Origin: Bacteroidota bacterium
GTDB lineage: Bacteria; Bacteroidota; Ignavibacteria; Kapaibacteriales; NICIL-2
NCBI GenBank assembly: GCA_019695345.1
Contig: JAIBAE010000005.1
Coordinates: forward strand, 9,186 to 73,185
Direction of reading: 5' to 3'
DNA length: 64,000 nucleotides
The notes under the pieces are model-generated. The model was not told where the DNA came from and searched no databases. It worked only from the letters and a program-made list of their open reading frames with translations. This document shows, in pieces, positions 40,631 to 49,690 of this stretch. A program made the position numbers and the translations under genes. Each line of letters opens with the position of its first letter. Within the stretch, counting starts at the first letter, position 1.

Positions 40631-42550
40631 ATGTGTGGGATAGCCGGTACATTTCATTACAATAATAACGCTGAAGTGAATTTTGATACACTTCATGCAA
40701 TGACATCCACTTTACATCATCGTGGGCCGGATGATAGCGGATACTACATGAATCCCACCCATTCTGTTGGTTTAGGGCACCGTAGGTTAAGTATCATTGA
40801 TGTTAGTAGTGCAGGTAAGCAACCCATTAGTAACGAAGATGGAACTCTACATATAGTTTTTAATGGAGAAATCTACAACTATAAAGAACTCCGCGAATGG
40901 CTTATAAGTGCCGGACACAAATTTAAAACCAAAACAGATACAGAAGTTATACTCCATTTGTTTGAAGAAGAAGGAACAAGAGCATTTGAACATCTAAACG
41001 GAATATTTGCAGTTGCCATATTCAATGAGAAAACTAATCAGCTAACATTAGCCAGAGATAAATTTGGTGTTAAGCCGTTGTATTACTCAGATACAGCTGG
41101 TTCTTTGATGTTTGGTTCGGAGATTAAGGCAATCTTGGCCAACAACACATACAAAAAATCACTTGACTACAATTCACTTGGAACATTTTTAACGTTTAGG
41201 TTTAACCCATCGCCACAAACACTATTCACTAATATCAAAAAACTACCTCCGGGTTCAGTTTTAATTGTTAATCAAAATTCAAAGACAAGGGTACAATCAT
41301 ACATTCGTAACAGGCCTTCAACGTTTTCCAACATTTCCGAGCAAGATGCATCATACGAATACAAGCAGTTACTCCGCAAAGCGATAGAACGCCAAATGAT
41401 GAGCGATGTTCCTGTGGGTTTACTGTTGAGTGGCGGTATTGACTCAGCAATGATTGGTAAAATAATGGTGGAACACACCGATTCTCCGGTGTCATCGTAC
41501 ACCATAGGTTTTGAAGGCAGTGGCGACTTTAATGAATTGGAGGATGCACGTAGAACTTCCCAGATAATTGGTACGAATCACCACGATATGGTAATTGGGA
41601 AGCAAGATTACATGGATGTATTTGCACGCTCATTTTACTACACGGAAGAACCCATTGCTATGACGACTATTCCGGCAATGTACTTAGTTTCACAGCGGGC
41701 GGCACAGGATGTAAAAGTAGTTCTTGCAGGGCAAGGTGCAGATGAGCCTTTAGCCGGCTATCCACGGTATATAGGGGAAAAGCTATTCTCCGATTACGCA
41801 TGGTTATTACAAATGATACCACTATCATTACTTTGCAAAATCCTGCCAAGGAATGAACAGTTAAAACGTGCGTTGTTTGCCAAACAGTTTGTAAATGAAC
41901 AAGAACGATTCTTAGGCATCCACACTATTTTCTCTCCGGATATGAAGGAGAAGTTACTTCATCCGGAAGTTCAGATTGAAATATTGGATAATGATAAACA
42001 GTTTATTGAAACAATCTACGAGAACTCAAAAGAGCTATCAGATTCTTTATCTCGTTTGCTCTATATAGATGCACGTTTCAACTTGCCGGATAACTTGCTG
42101 TTGTTTAACGATAAAATGAGTATGGCTAACTCAATAGAGATGCGTGTACCATTTTTAGATATTGAACTCATGTCATTCCTCGAGTCGCTTCCCTCTTCTC
42201 TTAAGCTAAAAAGAACAACTGGTAAATACATTCACAAAAAGGCATGCGAAGATTTATTGCCACACGAAATTATTAACCGTAAGAAACGTGGTTTTGCAAC
42301 ACCTATGGATGAATGGTTGCAAGGTGATTTTGCAAACACTATTTCCAGATTGTTTAACGAACCCAACTCTGCCGCAAGAAAATACTTTAATGTGAATTAT
42401 ATTAATCAAATGGTTCTCCTCCATCAAACTAAACGAGAGAACTACCAACGCCATCTGTTTGCTTTACTTAGCTTTGAATTATGGCATCGAAACTTCTTTG
42501 ATGCGGTTCAACAACCTGAGTACATAAACTCCGAAGCATTGTTTGCGTAA
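40631..42550 (+). CDS. asnB: Asparagine synthase (glutamine-hydrolysing).
   Basis: MCGIAG... N-terminal nucleophile Cys; SGGIDS PP-loop; typical length. Confidence 0.95.
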   Translation: MCGIAGTFHYNNNAEVNFDTLHAMTSTLHHRGPDDSGYYMNPTHSVGLGHRRLSIIDVSSAGKQPISNEDGTLHIVFNGEIYNYKELREWLISAGHKFKTKTDTEVILHLFEEEGTRAFEHLNGIFAVAIFNEKTNQLTLARDKFGVKPLYYSDTAGSLMFGSEIKAILANNTYKKSLDYNSLGTFLTFRFNPSPQTLFTNIKKLPPGSVLIVNQNSKTRVQSYIRNRPSTFSNISEQDASYEYKQLLRKAIERQMMSDVPVGLLLSGGIDSAMIGKIMVEHTDSPVSSYTIGFEGSGDFNELEDARRTSQIIGTNHHDMVIGKQDYMDVFARSFYYTEEPIAMTTIPAMYLVSQRAAQDVKVVLAGQGADEPLAGYPRYIGEKLFSDYAWLLQMIPLSLLCKILPRNEQLKRALFAKQFVNEQERFLGIHTIFSPDMKEKLLHPEVQIEILDNDKQFIETIYENSKELSDSLSRLLYIDARFNLPDNLLLFNDKMSMANSIEMRVPFLDIELMSFLESLPSSLKLKRTTGKYIHKKACEDLLPHEIINRKKRGFATPMDEWLQGDFANTISRLFNEPNSAARKYFNVNYINQMVLLHQTKRENYQRHLFALLSFELWHRNFFDAVQQPEYINSEALFA

Positions 42551-42564
42551 TACAATTCCTAACA

Positions 42565-42625
42565 AAGGGTCGGACCCGACCGGGTTGCGGCGTTGAAGGA
42601 TATTGTATTGCGTGACTGAACCATA
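42565..42625. repeat. Family B element copy B2 (core only) immediately after the asnB stop.
   Basis: GGGTCGGACCCGACCGGGTTGCGGCGTTGAAGGAT; exact core GACCGGGTTGCGGCG at 42578-42592. Confidence 0.5.
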
Positions 42626-42680
42626 TTTTCTTCTTCAGTTAAACCTTTTCATTCGTGATGGTATCATAGGCACCAAAGCG

Positions 42681-42733
42681 TTGAATGAATAACATGTAAC
42701 CAAATTGTACAAGTTTTATAATTATTCATTCAA
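42681..42733. promoter_or_regulatory. Perfect 12-bp inverted repeat (TTGAATGAATAA ... TTATTCATTCAA) with a 29-bp spacer, ~43 bp upstream of the small KA-repeat protein gene. Candidate operator or attenuator.
   Basis: Read directly; arms at 42681-42692 and 42722-42733. Confidence 0.4.
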
Positions 42734-42775
42734 TACTTTTGAAAAGAATTTTTTCACAAACTTTTTGGAGACGCT

Positions 42776-43117
42776 ATGCGTTCAATGTTTGCAATAATTG
42801 CAGCCGTTGCTGTAATGTCGGTTGCCGGTTTTGCCGGAGATGGTAACAAAGAAGCTGCTAAGCAAGCAGTTAAAGATGCTAAAGTTGCTGTTGGTGCAGC
42901 AAAAGAAGCTAAACAAGATGCTAAAGCTAAAGTAACAGAAGCTAAAGCGGCTGTTAAAGATGCTAAAGCTTCCGGTGATGCAACTGCAAAAGAAACAGCT
43001 AAAGCAGCTGTTAAAGATGCCAAAGCAGCAGTTAAAGATGCTAAAGAAGCTAAACAAGATGCAAAAGCAAAAGTAAAAGAAGCTAAAGAAGCAGTTAAAG
43101 AAGCAAGAAAAAAATAA
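42776..43117 (+). CDS. Small secreted Lys/Ala-rich repeat protein (113 aa; ~11-residue AKxAVKDAKxA repeats, predicted helical).
   Basis: Signal peptide MRSMFAIIAAVAVMSVAGFA; repeats AKEAKQDAKAKVTEAKAAVKDAKA...; RBS-like GGAG upstream; terminator downstream. Opposite-strand ORFs over the same DNA are repeat artefacts. Confidence 0.5.
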   Translation: MRSMFAIIAAVAVMSVAGFAGDGNKEAAKQAVKDAKVAVGAAKEAKQDAKAKVTEAKAAVKDAKASGDATAKETAKAAVKDAKAAVKDAKEAKQDAKAKVKEAKEAVKEARKK

Positions 43118-43152
43118 ATAAGAATTCAAAGTTCTTTTGCTTCCTATAGATA

Positions 43153-43189
43153 AAAAGCGTCCGCCCAACAAGCGGACGCTTTGTATTTT
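43153..43189 (+). terminator. Intrinsic terminator of the KA-repeat protein gene.
   Basis: AAAGCGTCCGC-ccaacaa-GCGGACGCTTT then GTATTTTTG. Confidence 0.7.
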
Positions 43190-43213
43190 TGGGGATACTT
43201 GAACTTTAACTTT

Positions 43214-43879
43214 ATGCTTAAACCTGTAGTTGCTGTTTTCCAAAAAGATATTCGCAGTGAGTTGCGAACGCGGTATTCTATATCTGCCGTGTTATTGTTT
43301 GTAGTTACGTCTATTGTTATTCTACTATTTGCAACCTCAGGCGAAAAACTCACCACCGAAACATTAGCAGGCATACTTTGGGTTGTAATGTTTTTTAGCA
43401 GCATGACCGGATTAGCAAAAGGATTTGTTAGCGAAGAAGAACGCGGCACATCACTCTTGTTACAATTAACAAGCTCACCTACATCGGTATATTTCGGGAA
43501 GTTTATTTTTAACACAATACTATCGTTGGGGCTTAATGCGCTAACCGTTCTATTATTTTTTATATTCTTCGATACATTTGCCGTTAAAAACCCACTCGGA
43601 TTTATTACAACAATGTTCTTTGGAAGTATTGGTATAGCTTCGTCGTCTACTATTATCTCGGCTATCATTGCAAAAGCAAATACCAAAGGCGCATTGTTTC
43701 CTGTTCTCTCCCTTCCGATGTTGTTACCGCTTGTGTTTGTTGGCGTAGAAGCGCTAAGCATGAGTATGAACGGCACTCCATTTATGTATATGCAAAGCGA
43801 TATATTAATTATTATTTCGTACAGTGTTATAGTAACGGTTCTCTCGTGGTGGTTGTTCGATTTTGTTTGGAAAGAATAA
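43214..43879 (+). CDS. CcmB-like ABC-2 family permease (six predicted TM helices).
   Basis: MLKPVVAVFQKDIRSELRTRYSI... then hydrophobic helices; resembles heme exporter protein B. No ccmA/ccmC nearby, so the assignment is tentative. The overlapping minus-strand 248-aa ORF was rejected. Confidence 0.5.
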   Translation: MLKPVVAVFQKDIRSELRTRYSISAVLLFVVTSIVILLFATSGEKLTTETLAGILWVVMFFSSMTGLAKGFVSEEERGTSLLLQLTSSPTSVYFGKFIFNTILSLGLNALTVLLFFIFFDTFAVKNPLGFITTMFFGSIGIASSSTIISAIIAKANTKGALFPVLSLPMLLPLVFVGVEALSMSMNGTPFMYMQSDILIIISYSVIVTVLSWWLFDFVWKE

Positions 43880-43892
43880 CAACCATACACAA

Positions 43893-43960
43893 CTGCGCGA
43901 CGCTGAAGATTGTTTCCTGACCGGGTTGCGGCGCAGAAGAGTTGCTACGGCATGTGAGGG
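43893..43960. repeat. Family B element copy B3, immediately after the ccmB-like stop.
   Basis: AACTGCGCGACGCTGAAGATTGTTTCCTGACCGGGTTGCGGCGCAGAAGAGTTGCTACGGCATGTGAGGG. Core at 43919-43933. Here the tetraloop hairpin is UGC-UACG-GCA, a UNCG variant. Confidence 0.6.
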
Positions 43961-43967
43961 ATTCAAT

Positions 43968-44040
43968 AATATTTTGCTAACGCAAACTGCTCCGGGCGTA
44001 GTAGCAACAAACTCCCTTTTCATGCAGGAAAGAACGGCAA
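43968..44040. repeat. Family A element, left half, adjacent to B3 and ~30 bp upstream of the permease start.
   Basis: AATATTTTGCTAACGCAAACTGCTCCGGGCG (terminal motif) ... CATGCAGGAAAGAACGGC (internal motif). Confidence 0.5.
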
Positions 44041-44066
44041 TTTTCAAAAATCATTTATCGTGAAAT

Positions 44067-45398
44067 ATGGCTCTTGAACGGAAAATATCACTGCCACAGG
44101 CAACTGCGCTTAACATGATTGATATGGTTGGCATAGGACCTTTTATTGTTATGAGTTCGGTAATTGTTTCTATGGGCGGCCCGCAGTGTATACTTGCATG
44201 GGCAGCAGGCGCATTGCTTGCCTTTACCGATGCTTTTGTGTGGAGTGAACTTGGCGCGGCCATGCCCGAGGCAGGCGGCAGTTATGCATTCCTACGCGAA
44301 ACATACGGCAGAGAGAAATGGGGAAAGCTGATGTCGTTTTTGTTTATCTGGCAAACGATTTTTCAAGCATCGTTTGTAGTTGCTTCGGGTGCTATCGGGT
44401 TTTCTAAGAACTTCGAATATCTGTATCACTTTGATGCCCTTTGGCAAAAGAAACTTGTAGCGGGCGGCATTGTGTTACTTGTTGTACTGGCATTATACCG
44501 AAAGATTGAAACGCTTGGAAAGTTATCGGTTGCAATGTGGGTAGTTGTAATTGGTACAATGGGATGGATAATAATAACCGGTGCTACACATTTTAATAGC
44601 AGTTTAGCTTTTACCTACCCAACAAATGCGTTTACCATTGATTGGAATTGGTTTAAGGGTTTGGGCGATTCGATGCAATACACCGTCTATGCGTTTTTAG
44701 GATACTACAACGTTTGCCATTTAGGAAGCGAAATTCAAAATCCGCAAAAGAATATTCCTCGAAGCATGTTTATTTCGGTTGCGTTGATAACAGTTTTGTA
44801 CTGTGCAATGCAACTAAGCGTTTTAGGAATTATCCCTTGGCAAGAAACACAAAAAGACCAATTCATCTTTAGCATTTTAATGGAACGTGTGTACGGACAT
44901 ACTGCTGCCGTTGTTGTTACCGTACTAATTCTGTTTATTGCTTTTACGTCATTGTTTGCTGTAGTACTTGGTTACTCACGCATTCCGTATGCTGCAGCGT
45001 TAGATGGCAATTTCTTTAAGGTGTTTGCTAAAGAACATCCCGAGAAAAAATTTCCTCATATCTCGTTACTAGTTTTTGGCGGACTCTCGGTAGTGTTATC
45101 GGTAGTGTTTAACGATTTAAAACCGGTGGTTGCAATCATTCTAACTATGCGTATCATTGTACAGTTTATTGGTCAGAGCATAGGTTTAATCCTTTACCGA
45201 AAGCGTGTTGGTGCTAAGAATATGCCGTACAAAATGTGGTTGTATCCGTTACCTATCATAATTGCTGTAGGTGTTTGGTTTTGGTTGTTTACAACCCGTA
45301 GTTACGAAGCACAGGCATTTGGCGCAGGTATGATTTTACTTGGATTATGTGTATATTTTTTCCGTTCAACAATCAATTCTAAAACAATATCAGAATAA
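44067..45398 (+). CDS. Amino-acid permease (APC superfamily).
   Basis: 12-TM pattern; N-terminal ...MIDMVGIGPFIV... typical of APC transporters. Confidence 0.85.
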   Translation: MALERKISLPQATALNMIDMVGIGPFIVMSSVIVSMGGPQCILAWAAGALLAFTDAFVWSELGAAMPEAGGSYAFLRETYGREKWGKLMSFLFIWQTIFQASFVVASGAIGFSKNFEYLYHFDALWQKKLVAGGIVLLVVLALYRKIETLGKLSVAMWVVVIGTMGWIIITGATHFNSSLAFTYPTNAFTIDWNWFKGLGDSMQYTVYAFLGYYNVCHLGSEIQNPQKNIPRSMFISVALITVLYCAMQLSVLGIIPWQETQKDQFIFSILMERVYGHTAAVVVTVLILFIAFTSLFAVVLGYSRIPYAAALDGNFFKVFAKEHPEKKFPHISLLVFGGLSVVLSVVFNDLKPVVAIILTMRIIVQFIGQSIGLILYRKRVGAKNMPYKMWLYPLPIIIAVGVWFWLFTTRSYEAQAFGAGMILLGLCVYFFRSTINSKTISE

Positions 45399-45403
45399 CA
45401 ACA

Positions 45404-46735
45404 ATGCAGGTTATCAAATTTGGTGGTTCAATTTTAACAGAGCAGCAAGACTTTGCAGCATTACTTTCTATTGTACAACAACAACTCGAACCAACATTAG
45501 TGGTTGTGTCGGCATTATCGCATACAACCCGTTTGTTAGAAAAAGCTATGCACTTAGCTCTTAACAACAACGAAGAAGGAGCAACAGACGTAATCAAAAC
45601 AATGTTGCAAGAACACAGAACTATTGCTTCTACTATTATCAATAAACAGGAAACAATCCAAAACATTGATACCTTATTGAGCCAAGTTGAAACGGATGTA
45701 CAAAAGTACCTACGTGGTATCTCAATTACCGGCGAGCTAACACCACGTACCCGCGATATTATTTTAAGTTACGGAGAGTACATCGCTCTTCACATTATTA
45801 CACAATATGTAACCGAACATGGTATACAGGCAGGATGCGTAGAGTCTAACCAATATTTAATAACAAATTCCACACACGGACATGCCACACCGTTGCGAGA
45901 TAAAACAATTCCACGGGTTGAACGAATATTACGTCCGGCATTTGAACAAACTCCTATTATTCTAACACAAGGATTTGTTGCCCGAAGTGAGGACGGCTTG
46001 GTTACAACAATGGGTAAAGAAAGCTCCAACTTAACAGCCACCTTACTTGCCGAGCTACTACAGGCGAAACAAGTTACCATCTACACTAATGTTGAAGGTA
46101 TTCGTAGTGCCGACCCACAACTACAATCAACAACAAAGGCAGTTCCTTCGCTTACCTATTCCCTTGCATACAAAGCTGCTGTAAATGGCGTAAAACTCTT
46201 ATACCCAACTATGATAGAACCACTGCGCCGTTCAGGGATTCCTATGGTTATCAAATCATTACACAACCCCAACGGGAATAGTACAACAATTAGTAAGCGC
46301 TCTGCTTCCGAGCCAATACCAATTATTACTGTAGTTGACGATGTAAGTGTGTTACGCTTATCTTTCCAAACAGCGGAAGCGCGAGCTCAGGCACCGGAAA
46401 TTATTTCTACTATTTTCCCTGATACAACTCAAATCATTACTACAACAGAATATCCCGATGCCCTAACTGTTGTAGCATACGAAACCGGAATTTCTCATAT
46501 CTCATCTGTCATTCCCGATGAATGCACTGCATTTACACTACGTGGTTACTCGCTGATACGATTGTTTAATTCATCAATGCCATCAATCAAACATCTCAAC
46601 AACGAACTTGTACATCTTATACAATCAACCGAGAGTATTATTGTGGATGCCGGATACAACGAAGGTACATTTAGTATTATCACACCTAATAATCAGGTGC
46701 AAAATGTCGTGACAGCATTACATGATAATATATAG
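45404..46735 (+). CDS. Aspartate kinase (monofunctional).
   Basis: MQVIKFGGSIL... amino-acid kinase fold; ...VVVSALSHTTRLLEK...; C-terminal ACT-like region. Confidence 0.85.
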   Translation: MQVIKFGGSILTEQQDFAALLSIVQQQLEPTLVVVSALSHTTRLLEKAMHLALNNNEEGATDVIKTMLQEHRTIASTIINKQETIQNIDTLLSQVETDVQKYLRGISITGELTPRTRDIILSYGEYIALHIITQYVTEHGIQAGCVESNQYLITNSTHGHATPLRDKTIPRVERILRPAFEQTPIILTQGFVARSEDGLVTTMGKESSNLTATLLAELLQAKQVTIYTNVEGIRSADPQLQSTTKAVPSLTYSLAYKAAVNGVKLLYPTMIEPLRRSGIPMVIKSLHNPNGNSTTISKRSASEPIPIITVVDDVSVLRLSFQTAEARAQAPEIISTIFPDTTQIITTTEYPDALTVVAYETGISHISSVIPDECTAFTLRGYSLIRLFNSSMPSIKHLNNELVHLIQSTESIIVDAGYNEGTFSIITPNNQVQNVVTALHDNI

Positions 46736-46740
46736 TGCGT

Positions 46741-46920
46741 TATATGCTATCGCAGGACGGCACCATACACTCACACATACACAATCTCTACTTGCCGGAG
46801 AGAACCTTGTTCAATTTACCAGTGTATCACGATAGTTAGTTATTTATTACGAACGAAACTCTCCCGCACGACACTTGACCTTTTGAAGCTTAGGTTTGGA
46901 GCGGTTTGCGTTAGCATAAA
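46741..46920. repeat. Family A element, complete copy (~180 bp) starting 6 nt after the aspartate kinase stop.
   Basis: Left TATATGCTATCGCAGGACGGCACC; internal CTTGCCGGAGAGAACC and CTCTCCCGCACG (mutually inverted); right GGAGCGGTTTGCGTTAGCATAAAA (46898-46920). Confidence 0.65.
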
Positions 46921-46923
46921 ATA

Positions 46924-46960
46924 AATGGTGTCCTGAATAATCAGAACACCATTTATTTTT
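46924..46960. terminator. Bidirectional intrinsic terminator between convergent genes; the minus-strand T-tract is supplied by the family A terminus.
   Basis: AAATGGTGT(c)CTG-aataat-CAG(a)ACACCATTT then TATTTTT. Confidence 0.6.
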
Positions 46961-46975
46961 CGGCTGCAGAAAAGA

Positions 46976-47848
46976 TTATCCGCGTGGACCTTTTCCAGCA
47001 CAAGGATCTTTACCTGCTAACCATGCGTCCCATAATGCTTTTTGAGCGTCGGTCAATAAGTTATAGATACCATCATACAACAATTTTTGATTTGCTTTTA
47101 ATTGTTCTTGCAGTCTTAATGTAGCATCTTTTTTAGCTTGAGCTGTGGCTTGTAAAGCTGCTTTTAAGTCAGCTTGAGCAGCAGCTAATTGGTCGCGTAA
47201 AGCTTGTGTTTCAGCGTTGAATTTATCGCGTAAGTCTTTTAACTGTGCATTGATTTCATCACGAGTAGCACCACTTGCTTTAGCATTTTTGATAATATCT
47301 TGAGCTTGTGTGCGATAGTTCTTTGAGATTTCAGCTAATTGTTTGCGAACATCTGCTGTAGCTGCTTTGTAAGCATCCATTGCTGCCTTATCTTGTGCAC
47401 GTAAAGGCTCCATTGCTAATTTAAATGCTTCGTTAGCTGCTTTGTTAGCTTGATTATATTGCTCCATCAAAGCACGAATTGCTTGCATTTGGTTTGAATC
47501 TAAACCAAGACATGGAATAGGAAGCATACGAAATCTGCCACTGTTTCCTGGACCACCTTTAACTGTTGTATCGCGTCCGCCACCTTTTACGGTTGTATCC
47601 CTGCCACCATCGCCAGAACTTCCTTTACCCGGATCGCCTGTTGCTCCACCCATTTCATCGGTAATAGCAAAATCACTGAGTGTTACATCGTAATTTGTAA
47701 ATTCTGTATTGGTTGTTGTTTGAACCATTCCAACACTCTCGCCGGTTGAAACCGGACTTTCGCTCATACTACAGCTGTTTAGAAACATTCCGAATCCCAC
47801 GATTGCGGCTGCCATCACACCAGCTGTAAGTTTTGCAATACTTTTCAT
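46976..47848 (-). CDS. Periplasmic CpxP/Spy-family-like protein (LTXXQ motif) with an N-terminal Gly-rich region; possible lipoprotein.
   Basis: Signal peptide/lipobox MKSIAKLTAGVMAAAIVGFGMFLNSC; coiled-coil Ala/Gln/Lys-rich region; LTDAQKALWDAWL (LTXXQ). Confidence 0.5.
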   Translation of the reverse strand: MKSIAKLTAGVMAAAIVGFGMFLNSCSMSESPVSTGESVGMVQTTTNTEFTNYDVTLSDFAITDEMGGATGDPGKGSSGDGGRDTTVKGGGRDTTVKGGPGNSGRFRMLPIPCLGLDSNQMQAIRALMEQYNQANKAANEAFKLAMEPLRAQDKAAMDAYKAATADVRKQLAEISKNYRTQAQDIIKNAKASGATRDEINAQLKDLRDKFNAETQALRDQLAAAQADLKAALQATAQAKKDATLRLQEQLKANQKLLYDGIYNLLTDAQKALWDAWLAGKDPCAGKGPRG

Positions 47849-48003
47849 AATAACTCCTGTTTGAGTAAATGAATAAATTATTCCTGACATCTTGTTCTAA
47901 GTTTGGGTACTGACTTTATTATTTCAGTACAAGTTTAATGTAGGGCAACATCTATTGGTACTTTACAATAACCGCCTTAATTTTATTCGGTTACAAAGAT
48001 AAG

Positions 48004-48059
48004 GCTTTCAAAAGTAAAGAACCGTTTTTTCAAGATTTCAACCGCTTTCAAAGGTAATG
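48004..48059. promoter_or_regulatory. Two direct repeats GCTTTCAAA(A/G)GTAA 40 bp apart in the divergent promoter region between the CpxP-like and carboxylate-amine ligase genes.
   Basis: Read directly (48004-48019 and 48044-48059). Confidence 0.3.
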
Positions 48060-48195
48060 TATTTGCAGAGTTACCTTTTGTTACAGCACTTTTTAAAGTT
48101 TTTTAAAAATTATTCTAAAAACCTTAAAAAACCATTTATATTGCTAATAATCAGCATAAAGAAACTCTCACCAACTCCAAGTATCGGAGGATTTT

Positions 48196-49452
48196 ATGAA
48201 AATTGCAGACCAATTCTCGAATTCCATAAAGGCATCGAATCCATACGAGCGCCCTGCATTTACCATTGGGATAGAAGAAGAATATATGGTTTTAGACCCA
48301 CAAACCTTTGATTTACGCTCTCATATCAATTTAGAGCTACTAAGCAAAGGAAGAATGATTCTTCATGAACATGTTAAGCCCGAAATGCACGGCTCGATGC
48401 TAGAAATTGGAACTGGCGTTTGCCGTAACGTAAAAGAAGCACATTTCGAGGTAACTAAAATCCGTTCCATTGTTGCACATCTTGCTAAACAAAATGGTTT
48501 ACTAATTGGTGCGGCATCAACACACCCGTTTGCCAAATGGCAAGACCAAGAAATTCATCCCGATGAACATTATCAAAATGTTGTGCGTGATATGCAAATG
48601 CTTGCACGCTCGTTGTTGATTTTTGGAATGCACATTCATATTGGTATCGAAAACCGCGAAACACAAATTCAAATCATGAATGTTATTCGCTACTTCTTAC
48701 CACATATTCTTGCAATAAGTACAAACTCACCGTTTTGGATGGGAATGGACACCGGGTTAAAATCATATCGCTCTAAGATATTCGAACGATTCCCTCGTAC
48801 TAACCTGCCCGATTACTTTGCAAGCTGGGGCGAATACGAAAGCTATGTGGATTTACTCATCCGTACAGGTTGTATAGATAACCCAAAAAAAATATGGTGG
48901 GATATTCGTCCGCATCCAAAATTCCCAACACTCGAAATCCGCATTTGCGATTTACCAATGCGTGTGGATGAAACCATAGCAATTGTTGCATTGTGCCAGG
49001 CACTTGCAGTAAAACTGTTCTCACTCTACGAGAAAAATCTTACGTTCCGCACATATCCACGCATGTTGCTTATGGAGAACAAATGGCGTGCTGTTCGGTA
49101 CGGACTTGAAGGAAAACTTATTGACTTCGGACGCCAACAAGAATACCCCGCAAAAGATTTAGTGCGCGAGCTTTTAGAGTTTGTTGATGATGTAGTTGAT
49201 GACCTCGGCTCACGCCGCTATATAGAATACATCTATCAAATACTCGAAATGGGTAGTGGTGCAGATAGACAACTCCGTGTGTTTAAAGAAACCGGAAGTA
49301 TCGAGCGTGTTGTTGAATACATCAATCAGGAAAGTATGACGGGACTCATCACCGACGTCTCTCCTTATCTTGCAACAACATTCCGCGAGCCAAGCGCCGA
49401 TGCAATCCAAGAGAAAATGTCATCACTAACACCGCCAAACGATATCATATAA
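48196..49452 (+). CDS. Carboxylate-amine ligase (glutamate-cysteine ligase family 2, YbdK-like).
   Basis: ...FTIGIEEEYMVLD... GCS2 signature. Confidence 0.85.
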   Translation: MKIADQFSNSIKASNPYERPAFTIGIEEEYMVLDPQTFDLRSHINLELLSKGRMILHEHVKPEMHGSMLEIGTGVCRNVKEAHFEVTKIRSIVAHLAKQNGLLIGAASTHPFAKWQDQEIHPDEHYQNVVRDMQMLARSLLIFGMHIHIGIENRETQIQIMNVIRYFLPHILAISTNSPFWMGMDTGLKSYRSKIFERFPRTNLPDYFASWGEYESYVDLLIRTGCIDNPKKIWWDIRPHPKFPTLEIRICDLPMRVDETIAIVALCQALAVKLFSLYEKNLTFRTYPRMLLMENKWRAVRYGLEGKLIDFGRQQEYPAKDLVRELLEFVDDVVDDLGSRRYIEYIYQILEMGSGADRQLRVFKETGSIERVVEYINQESMTGLITDVSPYLATTFREPSADAIQEKMSSLTPPNDII

Positions 49453-49456
49453 CATT

Positions 49457-49620
49457 TGGGTTACCCGCCACTGCCGAAGCAACCCAACCTGCGCCGGCAC
49501 ACAGGCGGGAACGTACCACAACTATCGCATTTGTACTTTGAACCTTTGTTCATCATGCGCCGCACAACCTGTGGCTCGCACCGGGTTTGCGCGCTGGCGG
49601 CTCGCTTCGGCAACAGAGAG
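49457..49620. repeat. Family B element, inverted pair (copy B5): reverse-oriented unit at 49457-49500, forward unit at 49577-49620.
   Basis: GGGTTACCCGCCACTGCCGAAGCAACCCAACCTGCGCCG is the reverse complement of the B1 3' part. The forward unit reads CGCACCGGGTTTGCGCGCTGGCGGCTCGCTTCGGCAACAGAGAG. Confidence 0.5.
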
Positions 49621-49637
49621 AAATCATAACATAAAAA

Positions 49638-49676
49638 AAAGGCAGTCCGTGTAAAAACGAACTGCCTTTATTGTTT
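49638..49676. terminator. Bidirectional intrinsic terminator between the ligase gene and pckA.
   Basis: AAAAAAAA GGCAGT-ccgtgtaaaaacga-ACTGCC TTTATTGTTT. Confidence 0.65.
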
Positions 49677-49690
49677 ACAATAGTAACTAA

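Noticed and set aside
42754-43243. Minus-strand ORFs (89 and 153 aa) antisense to the KA-repeat protein gene.
   Set aside because: Artefacts of the GCT/AAA/GAA-rich repeat, which stays open in several frames. The +strand frame has a signal peptide, an RBS and a terminator.
43144-43890. Minus-strand 248-aa ORF fully overlapping the CcmB-like permease.
   Set aside because: The +strand product has a clean six-TM profile and CcmB-like N-terminus. The minus-strand translation is low-complexity with no motif.
47891-48195. CpxR-type tandem GTAAA boxes in the CpxP-like upstream region.
   Set aside because: GTAAA and GTAAT are present but 40 bp apart, rather than the N5 spacing of CpxR sites. Kept only as a low-confidence direct repeat.
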